A DNA stretch of 64,000 nucleotides from positions 79,050,001-79,114,000 of the forward strand of contig OX597817.1 of the NCBI GenBank assembly GCA_951406725.2. The letters are read 5' to 3'. The stretch is from Octopus vulgaris. Lineage: Eukaryota. This document shows, in pieces, positions 53,674 through 64,000 of this stretch; position 1 is the first letter of the stretch, and each line of letters starts with the position of its first letter. The position numbers were made by a program, and so were the translations under genes. The notes under the pieces were generated by a model that did not search any database, had not been told where the DNA came from, and worked only from the letters and a program-made list of their open reading frames with translations.

Positions 53674-53885
53674 AATTATTTCTTTATTACCCATAAGGTT
53701 AAAACACAGAGGGGACAAACAAGGACACACAAACGGATAAAGTCGATTATACTTATTTAATCGACCCCGAAAGGATGAAAGGCAAAGTCGACCTCGGCGG
53801 ACTTTGAACTCAGAACGTAGCGGCAGACGAAATACCGCTAATGACTTCGCCCAGCTTGCTATCGTTTCTGCCAGCTCGCCGCCGT
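53674..53885 (-). mobile_element. SINE family B (young copy)
   Basis: GGCGGCGAGCTGGCAGAAAC..GCCTTTCATCCTTTCGGGGTCGATTAAATAAGTA. Confidence 0.88.
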
Positions 53886-55763
53886 CTTAGTGTATAAGTA
53901 TTGAAACCTGTATATAAGACGGGACAATTCAAAGTCACTCAACTCATGACTACGTCAATTCGTTACTTAAGTCCAAGACAGAGTGTCAGCAGTTTATTTC
54001 TGGCTGTTATTCTGATTTTAACTCGTAATGATATTTGTTTCGGTTCCATTCAAAATTGCATGCGTAAAAAGGCAGAGAGTAGAGTAGGTGTTAAATAGTT
54101 GTTGCGAGTTGTTCCTGGAGTGCTTTGAGTTGGTTTTGATACGTAATCTATAGAAACCAATGTGTTTGTAAATTAAAACCGGGGATATAGGAAAGATAAT
54201 AATGAGAATAACTAGCATATATAAACAACCACTTCATTTCGTCACAGCCGAACAACAATAGATTTAGAAAGAAACTAGCCAAAACAAAAAATCGTAATAC
54301 GGATATGAACAAGCATATATTCTATCTTTTATCCGAAGCCAAAAAAAAAGATAAGGTCAGTGATTTGTTGCACGACTTCTGAGACTGGTAAGAAGGAGGG
54401 TGGATGGCATCTTCAAACTGTTAATATATCCCAGAAACTTGCAATAGAGTGGAACCCACAAAATGAACTTCGATGCTAGATGCTATAAAACTGAAGCGGG
54501 TTGAACAATTATAATTTCACACAAAAAATAGATTTCTTTAAAAATCAGTTGCTCATAAGCTGTAATTTCAATGTCTCGATGCTTTCATTTTTTATAACTT
54601 ACTTTAGTATTTTTGTTGCTACATTTTATGTTTTTCATAAATTTAAGCTAAAGTTATAAATTGTTCCTAAAACAACCCAGATTCTCTTGGCGTCATTTTA
54701 TGTGCATATCTTTGCTTTGAAGTATTTGAGGAAATGTAGAAAAGAATTGAAAATACTAATTATAAAACCAACTTTTTATACCATGTCGCAATTTGAATAT
54801 GTCATATCTGCTTACTTTCATACTTTATCAAACCCTAAAAAATAACAAAATCCCTACATCTAGCAAAAATAAATCTTCACACCATACAATAAATACTTCC
54901 CCCGTACTCCTCTCCACGCCTTCCAAAACAACTAATCACCCTACTACTACACACACCACACCTAAATATCATTCACGCAGCTTCCCCTATCCAAGAAATC
55001 CACTTTCTATCAACTATATAAAGCTAAACGAACCAAAATAAAGCACAGTCTGATGAAGGCGAGCAAACCGAAACAAATCGAAATAATTTACAACTTTGTT
55101 TTTGTTAAAATCAATAACTATGCAAAAGTATTGAATAATCCTTCGGTTTAATGCCAAATTGTTTGCATATATAACTTGAAAAAGAGCAAAAACAACCATT
55201 ATAATATATACATATATCCATATATATATATTTCCTGCGCTATTTCCTGTCATAGATATAGTAAAGATGTATTATATATGTGTGTGTGTATGTATGTACA
55301 TGTATGTATATATGTGTATATATATATGAATATATATATATATATATGTATATATATATTTATATATATATATGTATATATATCTATACAAACATATATA
55401 TATATATATATATATATAAGTGTGTGTGTGTGTGTATACATATATAGATAATATCATTTGGAAATAGATGCGTGACGTTCAATCATATAATAATATAAAT
55501 AAAATATATATATAGATTTTTATTTCCAGACACAAGGGCCAAACACAGAGTGGACAGCACAAGGACAGACAGAACGCCACAGTGGGGACAAAAACACAAA
55601 ACGAATGAAAACTGAGAAAAATTTTATATAAAAATGAAAAAATGAAAAACGAAATGGCTGCATGAGTGCATTCTCATGCAGTACCATTTGAACGTTTTAT
55701 AATCTTTTTCCCTGCTTTTCTCTATTAGTATGGTTTTTGCTCTCTCTTTTTTAAAACAATTTT

Positions 55764-55802
<39 letters not shown>

Positions 55803-55963
55803 AGGGACCATCATCATGCGTTTGAGAATAAATTATTTCTGTATCTTTCAATACATGTCAACGCTTCTAAAGCAAACTTTGTCTACTCTCATCGTAAGTC
55901 GAATTCAAGGTTAGCGTCTTATAAAGATTTATGAATCCTAAAATTGCAGAACAATTCTTCACT

Positions 55964-56036
55964 GGGAAGTTTAGCTTAAAGGTAAAGCATTTGACGCGTA
56001 ATCACAGGGATGTGAGTTCGAGTCTCATGGCTGGCC
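55964..56036 (+). pseudogene. tRNA-like relic (possible Thr-CGT derived)
   Basis: TAGCTTAAAGGTAAAGC D-arm, TGA-CGCGTAA-TCA anticodon arm, GTGAG-TTCGAGT-CTCAT T-arm. The acceptor stem does not pair. Confidence 0.5.
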
Positions 56037-56540
56037 GCCGACAAATCCTGTTCATTCTATTGCATTAGCATTATCCTATGTTTGAGAATAATTTATTTCT
56101 ATATGTGTGTGTGGGTGTGTAATACACACACACAGAGGTCTTTAATCTATATAGTATAAGTTATATAATACAGCTGTAAAATTTATGAATCAATACAGGT
56201 AAAGATGCTTGTTCATCAGGTGAAAGAATATCATATTTTCTATATTTTTCTTTCAACACAATACATATATACAAACGCAGAGATAAAGCTGCGAAATGAT
56301 CGTAGTTATATGGATGTCAATTTCACATGTTGTACCTGCTCTCTTTATATTTAATACACTCCTAATGAAATAATAATTATCAATTGAATTTATTGGATTT
56401 CAGCTGCATCAGTCTATGCATTACATCCCTTTATTTTGTTTTGGTTTATTATGTGATTTGTGACCTGATTCAAATATTGCTAAATCCAATATTGTGCATT
56501 ATATATATATATATGTATATATGTATGTATATATTTCATC

Positions 56541-56613
<73 letters not shown>

Positions 56614-56749
56614 TTATGTATGATATATATATATACTTTTATTCTTTCATACGTTTCAGCCCTAAGGCTGTTTCCATGCTGGAGCACCACCAGTAATATA
56701 TATATTAAACCAAGAAAGAAATAACAAATTTCAAAGGTCAGTTTTCATA

Positions 56750-58101
56750 CTCACTCAATGTATTTCAAAGCATCGGAATACTCCACAGCATACATAGGCG
56801 CATCCATACATACATGATATAATATAAAAATATATAAATACATTAATGTACTTCCGAGTTTGTATGTCTGTAATAAAATCAATGAAAATATTAAAATATG
56901 CACATGGTAAATGTATAGCAGTAAACCACAAAGATGAAAATGTTGGTATAAAATGATTTTAATAAGAATCTTCAGCATGTACAGTCTGACGGCCGTTTCG
57001 AGAAAATATAGGTCGGTATGTGCGATTTAATTCCAACCATAGCAGCCAGCTATATTTCTCTAATCAGAGTTAATATAAAAGGATTTAAAAAAGAGTTATT
57101 TGAATCTTCATGTTTTAAACAACAGGAGAAATTTAAGAATTTTTAAAATTCGAATGCTGTATCGGAACATACTGTTCCGGCGGGGGATATAATAAGAGCT
57201 AAATTTACATGTTTAAATAGATTATGAAGCTATAGATAATACTGTTTTAAGATTAATCCAAATACATAAAGGGTAAATAGGTTAAAATCATAAAAACTAA
57301 TTAGTTTTGGAAAAAATTTAAAAGTTGATAAATATTTATGTTCACAAAGAATAATGACATCCGAGATTTTAGTAAGTAAAAATTTTTTGTCAGCATGAAG
57401 TATATTGATCGCTTCTTTTGTGCATAATTTACAAGTTCTGGTGTGTGCATTGTATAGTGTGGTTTCCGTTATAATAGACCAATCCGGACTAAATTCTTTA
57501 TTACACGTTTTTAATCTATTAATGTGGGTAGCTAGTGCAGTTGAGTTTTTAGTATCTTGGTTAATAAAAGAATAATAAAGGAATTTTAGTATCTTGGTTA
57601 ATAAAGGAATTTGGTGGTCTTACTTTGGTTAATAAAGAATCTTGTGGTCTTACTTCAGTCGTACTTCTTATGTATTTCTTCTCTGATTCATGAAGGGTTG
57701 AAACCTCAACTTTTTATATGACATCTCCTTAAACAAAATCCCTTTTAGGGACATAAATTCCGTTACAGCAATTACATGTTTTAGTTCCAAGCTTCGCCTT
57801 TATATTTTTAATATCAGAATTCTTATTATCATTCATATTGAAACCAGCTATATTTCTCACCTCTATCGATCCCATTATTTTAAAGTTTTAATCTATTATT
57901 GGCCGCAATTATAGATCCTAGATTGGGCGTAGTTGAATACCATGATTTAGGGCAGGATCTATTAAAGATGGAATGATATTTAAAACCTAATGAGAAATTC
58001 CTGTCTATAATCCTAAAAATTAATTTAGGGAGGTTACTTAGAGGGATAAACCAGATAATTTCCCGTTTCCCCATCGGGTTGTTTCTTCTCTGCCCAGTAT
58101 A

Positions 58102-58133
<32 letters not shown>

Positions 58134-58197
58134 CATTATTATTATTATTGCTATATATTATTATCATTATTATTATTATTATTGCTATATATTATTA

Positions 58198-58249
<52 letters not shown>

Positions 58250-58700
58250 GTGAATTATAGTGTTTTCTATTATGGTGTCGGTTCTGATGCTCGGGTATGG
58301 TGGGAGTTCATAGGAGGGTTATCAATGTTTAATTTCGCAAGATTTGAAAAGTTTATCTATTTAATTTTTAAATATTGTATTCTTAATAAAATATGTCTTC
58401 CTATCGAAGCCACTGTCCTTCAATGCTGTATTATAAAAGTGTGCAAAGTTATAAAAAAATATTTTCGATGCAGATAAGTTAGAAATTCTTATCGACACTC
58501 CTTTGACTAACCCATTAGTAACACTTTGGGCATGATTTGATAAGGCGTGGATATACTTAAAGATGTTATTGGGTTTATGGTAAGGATAAAATAGGCCATT
58601 ATCTAAATTTAATGTTACGTCCAAAATGTTAACACAGTGACATTTTCAAATATAATATCTGATATATAACTTTAAAAATGTTATTAGTCTTTTCCTTACG
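56750..58700 (-). pseudogene. Degraded Penelope-like element (RT thumb, GIY-YIG, 3' pLTR)
   Basis: LDVTLNLDNG..PYHKPNN..YIH..SNH..SIRISNLS..YNTALKDSGF, REIIWF, KYHSIFNR..YSTTPNLGSII and CNC. (ATT)n expansion at ~58100-58248, hammerhead motif at 56985-57069. Confidence 0.82.
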
Positions 58701-58727
58701 CTATCGGTTTATCTCTCTCTCTCTCTC

Positions 58728-58780
<53 letters not shown>

Positions 58781-58781
<1 letters not shown>

Positions 58782-58978
58782 CTGCGGCCATGCTGGAGCA
58801 CCGCCTTTAGAGTGGTGAAAGAGTACAGCAGGGATCACCACCATCCCCTGCCGGAGCCTCGTGGAGCTTTTAGAGTGTTTTCGCTCAATAAACACACACA
58901 ACGCCCGGTCTGGAATCGAAACCGCGATCCTCCGACCGCAAGTCCGCTGCCCTAACCACTGGGCCATTGCGCCTCCAC
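58781..58978 (-). mobile_element. SINE family C head fused to family A tail
   Basis: GGAGGCGCAATGGCCCAGTGGTTAGGGCAGCG head, ends AAAGGCGGTGCTCCAGCATGGCCGCAGT. Confidence 0.75.
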
Positions 58979-60646
58979 ATATATATATATATAGAGAGAG
59001 AGAGGGAGAGAGAGAGAGAGAGAGGGAGGGAGGGAGGGAGATAGATAGACAGATAGATAGATGCACAAGTATAGTAATGTATTCGAGTAATATATCTTTA
59101 TGTATGGAATAACCAATTAGAAAGTCACCGTAGGTTTCGCGGCGACTACTGCACTGGATAATACAGATTACTTCGACGTCTGCTGAGTCGTCTGTATTAC
59201 CCAGTACTATAGTGGACGCGAAGCCAATATGACTTTCTGACCTGGTTATTTTCCAGGGGTCGAGGATAAACTACTAAATACTTACGCACTTCGGTGTAAT
59301 CTACTCAATACCTATGTCTGTCCTTGTTTTTTTTTCCTGATTCATGAGCAACTAATCGATATACACAAATACATCGATGCTTTAAAATATTTATAAATTC
59401 TATCCAAGGATTATTATTACCAAATGTATCCTACATTATATCGGCACATCTCGGTGTGACCGCCAAAAAAATGATATTGCTAGATGGTATCATTAGGCTG
59501 TAGCCAGTATAATAAAATGGTAACTTTTATATGCATATCCAAAAGATTTCCTGTAAACGAACATAAAGGATATATTCATACTTACATGTATGTATGTATG
59601 CGAACATAACATTAACAGAACGTCTTTTAAAATCTTGGTATTAGCAACATACACACATACTCAGAAATCCAACTGGTTGTCTACACACTACTTTTTTGAA
59701 ATACAGTTGTGTTTTGAAAGATAAGCAAACCAATATTTATATCAAGTACTAAATTGTGAAATATGCAAAAGTTTGCAGACAAATTTTTAGTTGTGAACTT
59801 TTAGTAACGTAAATTTTTTTCATTACGGGAATACATCAAATAAAAAATAAACTTAACCTATAACCTTACATTTTCACTGAAGACTACAAAATACTCCACC
59901 GTTAAATATATAATATATGAGAAAAACACAGAATTCTTCCCATCTCACCTACAGTATATTAAATTTATCATATATGATCTGTACGTGTTAAGCTTTATAA
60001 GTTTGTATAATTAAGTTAAACCATAACATTTAATTCGTACAAATATATATTTTATAATTCCATGCGGCATTGTATATCACTGTAAACTTTTTACCTTTCT
60101 ATTTATTTATCAAATCATCTTTTCCTTATATTTTTTCTCCCAGAATGGATCGCTATTTTGCAAACTATCTGCTATATAAGTACTCTTTAATTCAACGTGT
60201 TACAATATTTCCCATATACTTTTCAGTTTACACCGCCCACTCTCATAAAATCTATAAACATTTTTAATTCTTAGTTTTATTTCTTTTTTCCTCTTCTCTT
60301 TCTTCTTTAATATCTAAAAAAATCTTCCCTGTTATCCTTTATAATTCTGCCATTTAAGTTTCTACATATAATCGTTTTTAAAAACGCTAGCTCTATCGAT
60401 TTTCAACAACCTATAAAATTTACTTTCAAATATCTTTCCGACCTCGTTAAACTATAACTACGACCTCGTTAAACTATAACTATTTACAAAATACTATGTT
60501 CCTATAAAAAATAATTATATTTAACACCTATGATACTACAACGTTTTATTGCATAACGGCTTTCTCTAACAATAATACACTATAATAAATGTACTTTCAT
60601 CTTATCTCTCATTAACACAACTAAATCTAGATCCATTATTCTAACC

Positions 60647-60928
60647 AAAATTTGGTGCCTAAGTCACCTAATAAATTATGGAATACTCCATGTACCTAGC
60701 AAGCAAATGACCCATCTATCATACGGGAATCTCAATCCACACAGTTTCAAAATATAGCATCATATATGCTAAATATCAACTTGACACAGATACTCAAAAA
60801 CTATTTAACCAGCGATACCATAATCTTATAGATGCATGACAAATATGAGGAATTTCATCGAAGAAAATTTGGTGCCTAAGTCACCTAATAAATTATGGAA
60901 TACTCTATGTACCTAGCAAGCAAATGAC
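60647..60928. repeat. 65-bp direct repeat pair
   Basis: 60647-60711 and 60864-60928, one mismatch. Confidence 0.9.
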
Positions 60929-61156
60929 ATGACTGCAACTGCCAAAATAATGACTTATACTTATTGGGTAATTTATACAAAGTTGAATCTATAATTTACC
61001 ATGTTAATGTCTCAAAACCCTGAGATGCACAACCCACTAGATTTTACTACAATGTGTAAGAACAGTTTTAATAGTTTAAAACATATTTACCATTAGTTAT
61101 GCAGATATAAGAAGCAGCAAAACAATATCAAACCATGTGTGTGTGTGTATATATAT

Positions 61157-61227
<71 letters not shown>

Positions 61228-61284
61228 TGTGTGTGCATATGGCATTATAGATCCCCGTCACTTAGCGGTTCGGCAAAACAGACC

Positions 61285-61315
61285 GACTACATATTCTTTA
61301 TTTTCTCTCCTTGTT

Positions 61316-61357
<42 letters not shown>

Positions 61358-61455
61358 TGTGTTCCTTTCTGTGTGTTTTCTGAGCGAAGAGCGTGGGCTC
61401 GAAACGTTAAAGACTTTTTCACTTACCGAGCATTAAACTAATATATATATATATT

Positions 61456-61502
<47 letters not shown>

Positions 61503-61695
61503 GAGAGACAATTCACAAAAAAAAAAAAAAAGACGAAGACAGGTGGTGTAGACTACAAACAGACGTATTAGTTTAATGCCCAGGGAGTGAAAAAGTCTTT
61601 AACGTTTCGAGCCTACGCTCTTCCACAGAAAGGAACACAGAAAGAAACAAGGAGAGAAAATAAAGAGTGTGTAGTGGCTAGCGATCTATCATGCC

Positions 61696-61700
<5 letters not shown>
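61285..61700. mobile_element. Inverted pair of short pLTR-type elements with hammerhead-like motifs
   Basis: GAAGAGCGT(G/A)GGCTCGAAACGTTAAAGAC on + at ~61386-61414 and on - at ~61595-61623. Third copy at 48040-48076. Confidence 0.7.
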
Positions 61701-61749
<49 letters not shown>

Positions 61750-64000
61750 AAAATAGAAAAGAGTGAAAAAACTACAGAAGGCTTGTTTTATAAGGTTAAA
61801 TAATATATTTAAGTCGTTATGTTAGAAGAATGTTATAAAAGTTTTCATATAGTAACATAGTTTTTGAAGAAATGACCGGTTTCGTGTTAACTTTTCAAAT
61901 TTCTCAAATGTTTTTACCTACATCGTGTAATGTCTTCGTTCCTCGAAAATACCATAAATCATTGGAAAGAAATCTGTGAAAAGGAAGAAAGAAACTCTCT
62001 CCTACGCTGGGAAAAATGCAACGATTTCTTCCAAAGATATGCATCAATTTTCAAAAATAAATTGAGTACAGATAATCCTTTTCTAAAGAAAATAACAAGA
62101 AATAACAAAAAAAACCGAACAACCCACAAACCACCCCCAATTATCCTCCATACACTAGAAACAGAAATCACCCACAACCAACATTTTTGAACCACGCAAG
62201 ACTTAACAGGGAACAAGCTGACAGACAACGCATTTATGAAATAGATTACACCAAGAACAGAACACGCCAACAACATCCTAATACCAGACCTAACCACCAC
62301 ATAACAGCACAAAATAACACTAGAATAAGAAAAACACCACACGCAAGTCGCTACTACCTCATGAACCAAAATTACTTGTCCCCACCGAACACAAGACAAA
62401 CACAAAAACACTAAGTCAAGCAACATCCACATACAAGCAATTCGAAACAAAAATATATCACATACAGAAACTTTACACACATCACAACACACACACACAC
62501 ACAACGATCTGGGGCAACAATACCACCGTTCCCCCGAACCAATATCACACAATCTCACAAACAACTCATATAAACAAAATTACACCCAACATTTTTTAGC
62601 TCGGGACCAGAGACACCAGGACACAGGCTGGAACCTAGTAATAAGGAAAAACCGAAGATAATCAACCTTTCAACCAAACCTCTCTCTAACATAAAAATTG
62701 ACATCCTCTTAAAAGGAATCAAATTTACGCCAACTCCACGCAGAGCCAACCAAAATGAAATCAAGGACAATATAACAGAATTCTGCAGAAAATTAAGACT
62801 AGCAGAAGCATCAACCAGTTTCAATACTGAAGATGACTCACTAGTCAAAAACAAAAGTGAACACATCCCCCACAGAGGAAGAAATAAAGCTCTTGTAGAG
62901 TTCTGCAGCCACATTGAGAACTTTCCCTACCATACTATACATAAACAGACAGTTAACTCAAATTTTAGCACTGCACAATGGAAGGAACTGATAGAACTTC
63001 AAAATGATGAAGATATAACCATTAAGGAAGCAGACAAAGGAAGTGCAGTTGTAATAATGGATACATTATACTATAGAAATCTTGTAATTTCCTTGCTTGA
63101 TGACAATCAACATTATGAAAAAATCACCAACTACACCCCGCAAAAAATAATGAAAACTCTGTCCTCACTAATTAAAACCCATGAAAAGGAACAAACAACC
63201 AAAGAGATTGACTTTCTAACAAACTTTAAATGCAAGCTTAGCCTCTTTTATGGTCTGCCAAAAATACATAAAAACCAAATTATAAATGATACCATTAAAA
63301 AATCAAATACATACACACACCTAACCCGGGGGACCTAAAACTACGACCAATTGTAAGCCTGTGAAACACACAGATTAAGTCTATTTATGGACATCCTCCT
63401 GAAACCCTTCCTTAAACACATCGATAGTCATGTTAGAGATGACTTGGATATGTTAAACCACCTTCCAAAAAAGTCAAGGAAGAAACAATCATGGTTTCAT
63501 TTGATGTAGTTAATTTATATACCAGTATACCTCATAATTATGGAGTAGAGGCAATACAGTTCTGGCTGGACCAATTTCCGGAAGAAATACCAAAAAGGAT
63601 CAGTAAAGAATTCGTTACTAAATCGGTTGAATTCATCCTACAAAATAACCACTTCATGTTTGACTATATTTTACCGTCAAAAATCCGGAATTGCTATGGG
63701 TACAAGGGCAGCACCAGTCATTGCGAACCTAACAATGGGCTACCTGGAAATAATTGTTTACCAGGTATCTTTATCGACCTTTGGAAACCCCCTCTCAATA
63801 CATAAAAGAGAATTGGAAAAGATTCCTGGACGATTGTTTTATACTCTGGAATGAAAACACAGATAAACTCCTAAAATTCAAAAACCTATTGAACAGCATC
63901 AACCCAAATATACAGTTCACAATGGAATACAACCAAAAGGAGCTTCCATTCTTAGATATACTAATTAAAAAAATTAACCTTAAAATAGAAACAGACATTT
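61750..64000 (+). mobile_element. Penelope-like retroelement (inverted pLTR + frameshifted RT ORF), runs off window
   Basis: IINLS..LLKGIKF.PTP, IKEADKGSAVVIMD, FYGLPKIHK, LRPIV, VSFDVVNLYTSIPH, YRQKSGIAMGT, WKRFLDDCF and IQFTME..LPFLDILI, with multiple frameshifts. Confidence 0.92.

Noticed and set aside
55964-56036. Functional tRNA-Thr gene
   Set aside because: The acceptor stem does not pair and the anticodon loop lacks U33.

Overview
Repeat-dominated, AT-rich eukaryotic (animal) genomic DNA with very dense (TA)n/(TG)n/(ACC)n microsatellites and abundant tRNA-derived SINEs. By inference it is a coleoid cephalopod, most likely Octopus. No intact, recognisable host protein-coding gene is seen, and most ORFs in the track are microsatellite or SINE artefacts. 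Supported features are: a full-length but frameshifted hAT (Buster/Charlie, SPIN-like) transposon with 16-bp TIRs and an 8-bp TSD, nested in a non-autonomous Helitron; further Helitron/Helentron, hAT, Kolobok-, Merlin- and piggyBac-like MITEs; a mariner relic; RTE and REL-endonuclease LINE 3' fragments; and several Penelope-like elements (PLEs). The most notable pattern is a set of short, often palindromic PLE pLTR-type insertions, two of them with clear 10-14 bp TSDs. They carry minimal hammerhead-ribozyme motifs in which the catalytic 3-8 pair appears in three Watson-Crick forms (C-G, U-A, G-C). All structures were read by eye and need computational and biochemical confirmation.
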